Positions 38,470-48,421 of a stretch of 56,995 bases of DNA are shown here, in pieces; position 1 is the stretch's first letter, and the number at the start of each line of letters is the position of its first letter. Below the pieces are notes generated by a model. The model worked only from the letters and a program-made list of their open reading frames with translations. It made no database searches and was not told where the DNA came from. The translations under genes and the position numbers were made by a program. This DNA comes from an uncultured Verrucomicrobiales bacterium (lineage in GTDB: Bacteria > Verrucomicrobiota > Verrucomicrobiia > Verrucomicrobiales > DEV007): positions 1-56,995 of the forward strand of contig CALKOM010000024.1 in the NCBI GenBank assembly GCA_938091905.1, in the 5' to 3' direction.

Positions 38470-40500
38470 CTACCAGATCTTGACTCGTTGGTCCGGGCTT
38501 AGATAGAGACGATCGCCCGTTTTCAGTGCAAACGCTTCATAGAAGGCGGGCACATTTTTCATCACACCGTTAACTCGATACTCTGCCGGCGAATGTGGAT
38601 CTGTCACTAATCGTTTGCGTAGTTCTTCCTCGCGATACTTGCCCCGGAAACACTGGGCCCAGCCGATGAAGAAACGTTGGTCACCTTCGAGGCCATCAAT
38701 GACTGGGGGCTGCGTTCCATTCAAAGCGAGCTGGTAGGCGTTGTGGGCCACCGTGATGCCGGCTAGATCGCCGATATTCTCTCCAAGGGTAAAGGCACCA
38801 TTCACCGCCATCTTCTCAAGAGGGGTGTAGGCATTGAACTGATCGACAAGGCCAGAGGCGCGTTCTTTGAAGCGCTTAGCGTCTGCCTCCGTCCACCAAT
38901 CGCGGAGGTTCCCGTTGCCGTCATACTTGCGGCCTTGGTCATCAAATCCGTGGCTAATCTCGTGGCCGATAACCCCTCCGATGGCGCCGTAGTTGATCGC
39001 GTCATCTGCATCCACATCAAAGAAAGGAGGTTGGAGAATCGCGGCGGGAAACACGATTTCATTGCCTTCGGGATTGTAATAGGCGTTTACGGTTTGCGGC
39101 GTCATGAACCACTCGTTCTTATCCACGGGCTGGCCTAACTTGTCTAAATTGCGCTGATGCTCAAACTCGGTAGCTCTGACAAGGTTGCCAAAGAGATCGC
39201 CTGGCTTGATCTCCAAAGCGCTGTAGTCACGCCAAACATCAGGGTAACCAATCTTGGTCGTAAACTTGGACAGCTTCTCTTGGGCTTGTGCTTTTGTCTC
39301 GGCGCTCATCCACTCCAGGCCATCGATGCCCACCTTGAACGCGCGCATGAGGTTGTTGACGAGTCCGACCATACGTTCTTTGGCCTCGGGCTTGAAATGG
39401 CGCTCGACATATAGCTTCCCTAACATCTCTCCCATGGAGCCACCTACGGCAGAAACTGCCCGTTTCCAACGTGGACGATTGGCTTCCACGCCGCTCAGGG
39501 TCTTTCCATAGAACTCGAAGTTCCGGTCGACGAACGCCTTGCTCAAGTAGGAAGCGGCATCACTGACCACATGGAAGCGCATGTAGTGTTTCCACGTGTC
39601 TAGAGGGGTGTCTGCGAGGATCTTTGGGAGTGCCGCGAAGTAGGTGGGTTGGCGAATGATGACATGGCCACTGCCAGGTAAATCCGCGCCCTTTGCGTAG
39701 GCGGCCCACGGCCAATCGGGGAATTCTTTGTCGAGGGCGCTCCACGCGTATTTGTTGTAGGTCTTCTCCCGATCGCGACTTTGCACACGAGACCATTGGG
39801 ATTCAGCTAGTCTCTTCTCTAAGGAGACGATGGCCGTGGCTGCTTTGTCTGCATCTGGCGTATCGACGAGATTGAGCATGTCCTCTATGAATGTGAGGTA
39901 AGCTTTGCGGGTAGTCTCAAATTTCTCGCTGTCGTTGAGATAGTAGTCACGGTCCGGCAAGCCGAGGCCGGACTGCGTGAGTTTGATAATGTACTCGTCA
40001 GACTTCTTGGAATCCTGATCCACGTAGGCTCCGATCGGTGAAGAGATGTTGTGGGTTTGGAGGTGGCCGAGGTGTTGCACGGCTGCGGCCTTCGAATCGA
40101 GATTGGCTATAGCTGCAAGATCGTTCGCGATGGGCTTTGCGCCGAGTGCTTCGACCGCAGCTTCGTCCATGAAGCTACTGTAGAGATCGCCGACTTTCTG
40201 CCCTTCCGATCCAGGGGCCTGCTTCTTTGCGGACACTTCCTGAATGATGGTACGCAAGTTCAGCTCGGCTTGGTCGGCGAGCTCAGAGAATGAGGCGTAG
40301 CGCGATTTGTCTTCGGGAATGGGGGTTTTCTTTAGCCAGGTTCCGTTCACATGGCGAAAGAAGTCGTCTTGAGCGCGTACGCCTTTGTCAAAGTTGCCTA
40401 GCTCAACGCCGGACCTTGGCTCTGCGTCGAGAGCACTTGCGGTAACTAACAAGAATACGGGAATAGATCGAAACAAGTCCATGTGGTAAGATAATGCCAA
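38470..40500 (-). CDS. M13 family metalloendopeptidase (PepO-like)
   Basis: QDDFFRHVNG.W, VNAYY, HEISHGFDDQG, GENIGD, DPHSP. Start may be 40482. Confidence 0.96.
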   Translation of the reverse strand: MALSYHMDLFRSIPVFLLVTASALDAEPRSGVELGNFDKGVRAQDDFFRHVNGTWLKKTPIPEDKSRYASFSELADQAELNLRTIIQEVSAKKQAPGSEGQKVGDLYSSFMDEAAVEALGAKPIANDLAAIANLDSKAAAVQHLGHLQTHNISSPIGAYVDQDSKKSDEYIIKLTQSGLGLPDRDYYLNDSEKFETTRKAYLTFIEDMLNLVDTPDADKAATAIVSLEKRLAESQWSRVQSRDREKTYNKYAWSALDKEFPDWPWAAYAKGADLPGSGHVIIRQPTYFAALPKILADTPLDTWKHYMRFHVVSDAASYLSKAFVDRNFEFYGKTLSGVEANRPRWKRAVSAVGGSMGEMLGKLYVERHFKPEAKERMVGLVNNLMRAFKVGIDGLEWMSAETKAQAQEKLSKFTTKIGYPDVWRDYSALEIKPGDLFGNLVRATEFEHQRNLDKLGQPVDKNEWFMTPQTVNAYYNPEGNEIVFPAAILQPPFFDVDADDAINYGAIGGVIGHEISHGFDDQGRKYDGNGNLRDWWTEADAKRFKERASGLVDQFNAYTPLEKMAVNGAFTLGENIGDLAGITVAHNAYQLALNGTQPPVIDGLEGDQRFFIGWAQCFRGKYREEELRKRLVTDPHSPAEYRVNGVMKNVPAFYEAFALKTGDRLYLSPDQRVKIW

Positions 40501-40671
40501 GGCCCCTGTTGTAAAGCAAGTCGAGCGGTGGCCGGACCGCTATGCCCGAATCTTTCGCTGGATCCGTTCATCGTCATTCTAATAGAGCTGCGATGAACGA
40601 CTTCTATCAGTACCTTGCCGGACGGAATCACTCGAGGCCTGGTCCGATGGGTTGGTCTTCTTTGACGTTTC

Positions 40672-43027
40672 TCAAATCGAAGGGAGCGGCGTTCTGATCC
40701 ACGAGAGTTCTATAGAGCTCCTGCTCTCGGGGGATTTGTTTCGGGTCTGACGGAGGTAGGATCTCGTAACGTCAGGATGAGCGAGAAGAACTTTCTTTGC
40801 AGTGAGGTGCTCGGCGTCCGAGCCGTGTTCGAAGGTTGTAGTTAGTTGATCTAGATGAACTTTCAGCTTTGGCAGTGAGTCGACAATCAGTGGCACCTTA
40901 TGAAAGGTCATGCCTATGCGGACGAGTTTGTCGAGCTTCGGTTCGATGGTGATGGGGAAACATGGCATCATACATTGCTTGAGGGACGACATACGTGCAG
41001 AGCATGCCGGGTGTGCCTAACAGATCATCCTTCCACGTTTCAACGATAGCGTCTGCTTCTTGAAATGTCATGCCAGCGTTCTGCCACTGTCGGCGACAAG
41101 CCTGAAGGATCTGCGTTGGAGAACGAACATCGTCAAATTCCGTCACCTCAATCTTTTGGATTCTCGTTACTCCTCCGCCGAATTGCTGAGCCCATCCGAT
41201 ACGATAGTGCCCATTGTCATCGAGAATAGCGGCCAGGCTCACTTGATAGCCTTCAGCGTTAGAGACGTTCCCTGCCTCTTGTGATTTTGCGCCCAACGTG
41301 CGGTGAGACGACCATTGTTGTGAGCCAAAGCCAAGGGTGCCCCTGCTTGTGCCGTGGCTTCATAGAAGAGGAACCGTTCATTGCCGCCTGTCGTTTTCAA
41401 ATACCGAGAAGGCACCTTTCGTATTTGAGACCACCAATGACCGTCTTTGGGTTTTGGAAGACCGATGGGAGGGCTGGTCGCATGCAATGTCATCTTCCAG
41501 TCCAGCCCGTGCAGTCGCTCGGAGTCGGCTTGCATCAATCGCTTGTAGTAGCTCATCCGGGTTTCCTTCCGATGCAATTGATGAGGTTTCAGATAGTAGG
41601 TTAGCGGAACTCCCAATGGCGTCTCCACGCTGACACTGATCGGTTGGCCTTCTTCGCCGCCGTAGACGTGAATTACGGGTGTGTCCCACATTCCGGTCGA
41701 ACGAAGGTTGGTCGCCAAATGCTCTGGGCGCTCGACGAATTTTGGCAAGTGATCGAGCAGCGCACTCGGCGGGCCCAACTGGCCCAATCCTCCCGGGCTT
41801 CACATCGATTTCGGATCATCGATCTTGATCGAACTCTCTCCAATGACTTGCACGCCCCATTCGTGCACGATCAGGGGCCCGACTCGCGCAGGCTTCCCAA
41901 GCGAGGGGGCTTTGGCTTCTTTGGAAGGCTCGCGGTAGTCGACCCAGTCTATCAGAGTGTCCACATGGAGATGTGAGACCTCCCACTTGAGTGACTTCGT
42001 GGTCCACCATCTAAAACGATTCTCGTGATCGTTCAGGGCGAGATAGCTGGATGTGGCTATTCTCTGCCGCGCCTCTTGCTTGCCAATCTTATCGTTCTGA
42101 TAGAGAATGTCTGGGTTGTTCTCGCCGTAAGTGTATCCAAACTGACGTTGTGTGGCGGAGAATTCATTCGAAATCTTATGGCGTTGATACGGCGCGTAGC
42201 TTCTTTGCACGACGTCGATGGCAAAGTCTCCAAGACCGCCAGCGTCATAGACGATGTTTTCAACGGGATCTCGATACAACGAGTAGCTAATGGCCAGCGT
42301 AGGATTGCTTAGCCCAAAGCCTTCTTCGGTATCGGTAGGATCGCCAGGATCCAGTTCTGGGATCGATACGATTTCATCGACTTTCCCTCCGATTGTTACC
42401 GTGACTAACTTTGAATTGGTCTGCGACATAAGGATGGTCTCATTGTCTAACCAAATTGCTGCTGGCTTGGGAAATGAAGAGGAAGAGCAGATCATCCGGC
42501 ATTGAAGCGGGATTCGAGTGAGCACCCCGTTGGCGACGCTGATGAATCGGGGGCTAGGCAGCATGCCATGATTGCCCTGAAATAGACGCGAGCCGTCAGG
42601 ATATAGAATGCCAATCCTTGAACTATCAGTCTCGAACACGAGGCTTTCTTGTCCCGCCGTGAACTGAAAACTCGTTACAGGAAAGGCTCCCTTCTCGTTG
42701 TATCGGTGACTGATGGAGATGGCGCTTGCATCAACGACCCCTAGCAGCGAACCGCTGTTTTGACGAATGACTTCTTCTCCCACGAGAGTCAATGACAAGG
42801 CCATCGCTTGAAATGGCGTAACGCTGATCGACAATCAGTTCGGAGAACCGACTAAGCACACGGAACTTGTCGTTCAGCATGAGAAGGGCTTCTCGGTTCA
42901 CTTCCTTCCCGTTTAAAAAGTCTGAATGCCAGAGTTGATCCGTCGATATCCGAGGAACATTCTCCACCCAGTAAAGGGAGGCATCGAGATCAGGTGCCGC
43001 TAGTGTCATGGGCACCTTGGCCAGCAT
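40672..43027 (-). pseudogene. Multiply disrupted gene of an uncharacterised family with a VHEWG...TPV...ERFLFY domain
   Basis: Consecutive fragments join into one sequence: LIVHEWG...KSM*SPGG (in-frame TGA 41802-41800)...LPKFV...DTPVIHVY...ERFLFYEA, frameshift ~41300, GMTFQEADAIVETW...YVVPQAMYDAMFP, frameshift ~40955, ITIEPKLDKLVRIG. The link to the 42731..43027 fragment is less certain. Confidence 0.7.
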
Positions 43028-43817
43028 GGACTACCAGCACGCGCATCATCGGCTAACTAAGGTCTTGACCGATTTCTTTGGCTTAATGATAGGTCGGTCT
43101 ATCGTTAACGTAAATAGCGTTGATACGAGGCGTTCGGGGAGGTTTACCCTCGCGCATCAGGATATTACAGTTTCAAGAAGTCTCCATCGATATGAGCTTT
43201 GCGAGAAAAGAAGGTGCGCAGTCGCTGCGACCTACATCATGTGCAAAGTTCCTCAGGCGGATAGGACGCGCAGGGTAGACTAAATCTATAGTTTGGAAGC
43301 GCCTCAGGAAACTTCAGTTCTTTCAAACTTGAATATAGCTATGATAGTTTCGGGTGCTGATATGGCCCAATTATTAGTGGTGTCAGGACGAAGGCAGTAA
43401 TTTTACTGCGTTCTTTGACCTCTCGATGAAAGTCAGAATGTTTCAGCATGACACTGGGATTCTTGGGCTCGCAGAGGTCATCGACGTGACGGGCTTTCGA
43501 AGTGGCATTGTCGTTTCATGGATACATCACGACCGCGCAAGCACAGGCGAGTATCAAAGTTGCATCAAGAAAGGCGATCGTTCGATCGAGTGAAACGGCA
43601 ACACGGCTGGTGTCACCGGCCTATTGATGGTCCAATCTCGGCTCTACTTGAACAGTGGCTTAGCCTGGACCTCCGCTACTTGGCGCTCTGGGAAAGCCGT
43701 TCGAGGCGATCTGCGAGTTGATCTGGCTTCGCGAAGGTGGCCTTCCTTCGGAGCTTGATCACGAGAGGAACGCCGTTCGAGCTAGTTGGAGTGTCGTGCT
43801 TCGACTTGAACCACAAT

Positions 43818-44066
43818 TTATTGGAGCGCCGACTTCCAGTGAAACGGCCGCGCCGGAACTCTCGTCTTGGCGGGTTTAGCAGAATGGGGACTTCGATCTC
43901 TGGCTCCAGATTGGCTTTCGGGATCTTTCTTGCTGGAAGCTGGTTCGCAGGTGATGGCGTTCGTGCATAAGGGACATGGACCAGTCACGGACTCACTGGA
44001 AGAAATTTTGACCACGAGTCTGTAGTTGCAGTGTGGACATTGAAACGAGGTGTTGGCATTCTCCAT
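43818..44066 (-). CDS. Small zinc-ribbon protein (possibly truncated)
   Basis: FQCPHC...GPCPLC at the N-terminus followed by a low-complexity linker; AT-rich upstream region. Confidence 0.5.
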   Translation of the reverse strand: MENANTSFQCPHCNYRLVVKISSSESVTGPCPLCTNAITCEPASSKKDPESQSGARDRSPHSAKPAKTRVPARPFHWKSALQ

Positions 44067-44154
44067 GAAAACCCCACTTCGAAATTTTATTCATAATTAT
44101 CAATATTATGATATCAAATGCAATGAAATTTTGGGAAATAGAGCGATTAAATAC

Positions 44155-44188
44155 AAAGAGCCGCCCCGATTTCTCAGAACGGCTCTTT
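44155..44188 (-). terminator. Rho-independent terminator
   Basis: Minus-strand RNA AAAGAGCCGUUCUGA-GAAA-UCGGGGCGGCUCUUU forms a 15-bp stem with three G-U pairs (which pair only on this strand) and a GAAA loop, followed by a U-rich tail. It lies 42 nt after the stop at 44230. Confidence 0.8.
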
Positions 44189-44229
44189 CATGAGGGGTAA
44201 ATTAAGCCCCTTGAATGTTTGGGATCGGA

Positions 44230-44778
44230 TTATTCCGAGTCTGAAACGGATACTTTGGCCAAATTATCATCTGGAGTAGCGGCAAACTTCTTAGCGCACT
44301 TGCCGCAGCAGACGCCGACTTGGAAGGAGACGATAGCATGTGACTCAGCGTCGATATCCTTGTCACTGAATGGGCACTTGTCGTTGGCTGCCTTGTCCAT
44401 GACCACCTTTTCGCCATGCTTCGCCGCATCGAACTTCGATTCGCATTTTTCGCAGCAGACGCCGACTTTGGCGCCCCTGAAGTCAACTGTGGTGGCTCCA
44501 TCGACGTCTTTTCCGCTCAATGGGCACTTGCTGTTCACATGGCTTGCCTTGATCCCTGCGATCTTTTTAAGGTGCTTGCCTGGCTTGTCTTGGAGCTTGG
44601 CTTTGCATTTGTCACAGCAGACACCTACCACCTTCGTGTAGGTAACCACCTGCTCAGCATCGATGTCTTCCCCGCTGTAAGGACAGACCTTGTTTATCGG
44701 CTTTGAGACTTCCTCGGCGGTGACACTGAACAGTGCTGAAGCGAGGAACGTGAGGGTAAGGAGAATCGACTGCTGCAT
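44230..44778 (-). CDS. Secreted Cys-rich protein with three YHS/TRASH-like repeats
   Basis: Signal peptide plus three copies of N-x2-CP-x-S...GVCC-x-KC-x2-K. Confidence 0.85.
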   Translation of the reverse strand: MQQSILLTLTFLASALFSVTAEEVSKPINKVCPYSGEDIDAEQVVTYTKVVGVCCDKCKAKLQDKPGKHLKKIAGIKASHVNSKCPLSGKDVDGATTVDFRGAKVGVCCEKCESKFDAAKHGEKVVMDKAANDKCPFSDKDIDAESHAIVSFQVGVCCGKCAKKFAATPDDNLAKVSVSDSE

Positions 44779-44911
44779 GAATGGTATTTTATTTACTTTG
44801 GTAGTATAGGAGTTTTGGATTATCTGGCAATCCTTTGTTTAGCCTGTGAGAAAGAGGCGAGAGTGAGTTTCCCATTGATTCAGATGCCGGCCGGCTTATA
44901 CCACAAGCTCC

Positions 44912-45976
44912 ATGGCCGCCAACGAGTTCTCTGATCGTCGCCTGAGCGATCTTCACATAGCGGAGAATACCCCGCTTCCATCACCAAAAACCCTGTTTGA
45001 CGAAGTCACCCGTACGGCGCCGCAGGCTACTGTGGTCTTCAAGGCGCGTGAGGCGATCCAGCAAATTCTCTCGGGCGAGGACAAGCGATTCCTGCTCGTG
45101 GTGGGGCCTTGCTCGATCCACGATGTGAAAGCTGGTCGCGAGTATGCGGAGCGGCTCGCAGCCCTTGCCCAGGAGGTGGAGGATCGTATGCTCTTGGTCA
45201 TGCGGGTCTACTTCGAGAAACCGCGGACGACGGTTGGCTGGAAGGGGTTGATCATGGACCCTCGGTTGGATGACTCCAGCGATATCCAAACGGGCCTCCG
45301 GGAGGCGCGAAAGTTTCTCTGTGAAGTGCTCGATCTTGGAGTGCCGACGGCGACTGAGTTGTTAGATCCCATCACGCCGCAGTATATTGCGGATCTCATT
45401 TGCTGGTCTGCCATTGGTGCACGTACAACCGAATCGCAGACGCATCGGCAAATGGCCTCGGGCTTATCGATGCCGTTGGGCTTTAAGAATGCGACCTCTG
45501 GTTCCATTGCTGCTGCGGTGAATGCAATCAATGCGGCTACCCAACCACAAACCTTTCTCGGAGTGAATCGAGACGGTGTGGCCTCTTCGGTCACCACGCA
45601 CGGAAACCCCCATTGTCACATCATTCTACGTGGTGGCTCGGAAGGGCCTAACTACGATTCGGGTTCAGTGGCTGCGGCTATTGCGCGTTTAGAAGAGAGC
45701 GGTGTGTCCAAGGCGATCATGGTGGATGCTAGCCATGCAAATTCTAACAAAGATCATCGACTGCAGCCGGAAGTCTTTGAGAATGTCATCGACCAACGGG
45801 TGAAGGGAAATGGTTGGATTGTCGCCGGGATGCTCGAGAGTAACCTGGAAGCCGGGGCGCAATCGCTGAGCGGACCATTAGAAACACTTACCTATGGCAA
45901 ATCCATCACAGATAAGTGCATTGATTGGGAAACGACAGAACGTGTCGTTAAGGCTGCGTATGAGAAGCTTAGTTAG
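44912..45976 (+). CDS. 3-deoxy-7-phosphoheptulonate (DAHP) synthase, class I alpha (AroF/G/H type)
   Basis: GPCSIHD, RVYFEKPRTTVGWKG, IGARTTESQTHR, DASHANS, SITDKCIDW. Confidence 0.97.
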   Translation: MAANEFSDRRLSDLHIAENTPLPSPKTLFDEVTRTAPQATVVFKAREAIQQILSGEDKRFLLVVGPCSIHDVKAGREYAERLAALAQEVEDRMLLVMRVYFEKPRTTVGWKGLIMDPRLDDSSDIQTGLREARKFLCEVLDLGVPTATELLDPITPQYIADLICWSAIGARTTESQTHRQMASGLSMPLGFKNATSGSIAAAVNAINAATQPQTFLGVNRDGVASSVTTHGNPHCHIILRGGSEGPNYDSGSVAAAIARLEESGVSKAIMVDASHANSNKDHRLQPEVFENVIDQRVKGNGWIVAGMLESNLEAGAQSLSGPLETLTYGKSITDKCIDWETTERVVKAAYEKLS

Positions 45977-45997
45977 CGAACGTTGAGACGAACGAAC

Positions 45998-46486
45998 ATG
46001 TCAGACAACAACGACAAACTCGAGGAGGCGATGCGCAATCCGCAGAACCTTGGTGAGCTGGATGAGGCGGATGCGGTAGGTACCGTGGGCAGTCCGGATT
46101 GTGGTGACATGCTACGCATGTGGGTGAAGTTCAAAGAGGAGGATGGCAAGCAGGTTATTGATAAGGCGACTTTTCAGAGCTTTGGCTGCCAGACAGCGAT
46201 TGCGGTAGCTAGTGTGGCGACGGAGATGATCAAGGGCAAGACGGTCACGGAGGCGCTTGCCATGGACTCGACAATGTTATCGGAACCTCTCGGACCGCTT
46301 CCGCCGATGAAGATTCACTGTGGGCAACTGGTGGAAAGTGCTCTTAAAGATGCTTTGGGCACGGATAAGTCGCCCTCAATAGAAGCTCAGGAGCCACAAG
46401 GGCAGATGGCGGCTTCTCTGGTCGATGCCATTCCGCAGGACGATTCTAACAAAGGGAAAATCAAGATTGTTCCTTTGGAGGGCTAG
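45998..46486 (+). CDS. IscU/NifU-like Fe-S scaffold protein
   Basis: NPQNLG, GSPDCGDML, FGCQTAIA and PPMKIHC retain the three Cys ligands. Confidence 0.92.
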   Translation: MSDNNDKLEEAMRNPQNLGELDEADAVGTVGSPDCGDMLRMWVKFKEEDGKQVIDKATFQSFGCQTAIAVASVATEMIKGKTVTEALAMDSTMLSEPLGPLPPMKIHCGQLVESALKDALGTDKSPSIEAQEPQGQMAASLVDAIPQDDSNKGKIKIVPLEG

Positions 46487-46498
46487 TATTATTTACAG

Positions 46499-47647
46499 AT
46501 GAGAGAGCATCGGGTTGGAATCATCATGAACGGCGTCACCGGGCGCATGGGAACGAATCAGCACCTGCTTCGTTCTATCGCTGCGATCATAGAGCAAGGC
46601 GGTTTGCAATTGGGGGCTAACGAAGTCATTGTTCCTGATCCGATCTTGGTCGGTCGCAATGAAGACAAGCTCAAGGCGCTTTGCAAACGTGCTGGCGTGA
46701 AGAAATGGAGCACCGATCTTGACGCTGTTCTTGCAGACGACGCCTATGAAATCTACTTCGACTCGCAGACGACGGGGCGGCGTGCTGATGGCGTGCGCAA
46801 TGCTGTTAAGGCTGGAAAGAGTATTTACTGTGAGAAGCCTAGTGCGGTGAACTCAAAGACGGCACTGGAACTGTATCAGCTCTGCCAAGATGCTGGTATC
46901 AAGAACGGGGTCGTGCAGGACAAACTATGGCTTCCGGGCATGCTCAAGGTGAAACGTCTCTTCGAGAATGGCTTCTTTGGCGATCTTCTTTCGGTGCGTG
47001 GTGAGTTTGGTTACTGGGTTTTCGAAGGCCATACCATCCCTGCGCAGCGTCCCTCCTGGAACTACCGCAAAGAGGATGATGGAGGCATCATAGTGGACAT
47101 GCTTTGTCATTGGCGCTATGTGCTCGACCATCTTTTCGGCAAAGTGAAGTCTGTCTCGTGTTTGGGAGCCACTCACATTCTGGAACGCATCGATGAGCAA
47201 GGCAAGCCTTACAAATGCACAGCAGATGATTCGGCCTACGCGACATTCGAACTCGAGAATGGTGTCATTGCCCATTTCAACTCTTCATGGAATGTCCGTG
47301 TTCGGCGAGATGATCTGCTCACGCTCCAGATCGACGGGTCGAAGGGCTCTGCCGTAGCAGGGCTTCGTGATGTGAAGATTCAGCACTACGGGAATACGCC
47401 TAAGCCTATTTGGAATCCTGACATTGCGCAGCCGATCGATTTTTTTGAGGGATGGGCGGAGGTTCCTGAGCAGGAGGTCTATGACAACGCCTTCAAAGTG
47501 CAATGGGAAATGTTTTTGAGGCATGTGGTCAAGGACGAGCCTTTCCCCTTTACGTTGCTTGAAGGGGCCAAAGGTGTGCAGCTTGCAGAGTTGGGCATTC
47601 AGAGCTGGGAAGAACGGCGCTGGGTTGACGTGCCAGATCTTGATTGA
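46499..47647 (+). CDS. Gfo/Idh/MocA family oxidoreductase
   Basis: GIIMNGVTGRMG, IYCEKP, QDKLWLPG, GGIIVDMLCHW. Confidence 0.93.
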   Translation: MREHRVGIIMNGVTGRMGTNQHLLRSIAAIIEQGGLQLGANEVIVPDPILVGRNEDKLKALCKRAGVKKWSTDLDAVLADDAYEIYFDSQTTGRRADGVRNAVKAGKSIYCEKPSAVNSKTALELYQLCQDAGIKNGVVQDKLWLPGMLKVKRLFENGFFGDLLSVRGEFGYWVFEGHTIPAQRPSWNYRKEDDGGIIVDMLCHWRYVLDHLFGKVKSVSCLGATHILERIDEQGKPYKCTADDSAYATFELENGVIAHFNSSWNVRVRRDDLLTLQIDGSKGSAVAGLRDVKIQHYGNTPKPIWNPDIAQPIDFFEGWAEVPEQEVYDNAFKVQWEMFLRHVVKDEPFPFTLLEGAKGVQLAELGIQSWEERRWVDVPDLD

Positions 47648-47650
47648 GCC

Positions 47651-48421
47651 ATGGCTCCTGTGGCATTCATTACAGGTGGCACTCGAGGTATCGGCCTGGG
47701 GATTGCTAAGAAGTTTGCGGCTGAAGGCTATGACCTTGCGATCAATGGCGTGCGTGATGAGGCTTCGGTATCTGCCGTTCTCGACGAGGTTCGTGCGAGC
47801 GGTCAGCGGGTAGTTTACTGTCAGGGCGATGTGAGCGATCTTGCTTATCACGCCACGATGGTCAAGCGAGCGGTGGCTGAACTTGGATACATCAATGTGC
47901 TCGTCAATAATGCCGGTGTTGCTCCTCAGGTGCGTGCGGACGTGCTCGAAATGAGTGAGGAAAGCTGGGAGCGAGTCATGGGGATCAACCTTAAAGGAAA
48001 TGTCTTCCTTGCTCAGCACGTTGCGAACTATTTCCTCACACAGCGTAATTCAGATCCTGATTTCCCTGCCTGCATCGTAAACATCAATAGTGTCTCCGCC
48101 ACGATGGTGAGTGTTAATCGTGCGGAATACTGCGTTTCGAAAGCTGGCCTCGCAATGGCGACCCAACTATTTGCTGTTCGGTTAGGCCCTGAGAACATTC
48201 CTGTGTATGAGGTGCGACCTGGCGTCACGCGCAGCGACATGACCGCCGGAGTGGAAGAAAAATACGACAGGCTCATTGCAGATGGGCTCTGTCCTCAGCC
48301 ACGCTGGGGTGAGCCTGAGGATGTCGCCAAGGCAGTGGCTTCGCTAGTGAAAGGAGACTTCTCCTACAGCAGTGGCCATGTGTTCTCGATCGATGGCGGG
48401 ATGACCATTCAGCGTCTTTAG
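47651..48421 (+). CDS. Short-chain dehydrogenase/reductase (3-ketoacyl-ACP reductase-like)
   Basis: TGGTRGIG, NNAG, YCVSK, IDGG. Confidence 0.94.
   Translation: MAPVAFITGGTRGIGLGIAKKFAAEGYDLAINGVRDEASVSAVLDEVRASGQRVVYCQGDVSDLAYHATMVKRAVAELGYINVLVNNAGVAPQVRADVLEMSEESWERVMGINLKGNVFLAQHVANYFLTQRNSDPDFPACIVNINSVSATMVSVNRAEYCVSKAGLAMATQLFAVRLGPENIPVYEVRPGVTRSDMTAGVEEKYDRLIADGLCPQPRWGEPEDVAKAVASLVKGDFSYSSGHVFSIDGGMTIQRL

Noticed and set aside
22770..41802. Stop-codon reassignment or selenocysteine explaining in-frame TGA at 22772 and 41802
   Set aside because: Many intact genes end in TGA, both genes carry additional lesions, and pilin B is broken by TAA. Ordinary decay explains them.
43030..43817. 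Short ORFs and AT-rich sequence between the eroded gene and the zinc-ribbon ORF
   Set aside because: No frame gave a recognisable protein; possibly decayed sequence, but unsupported.
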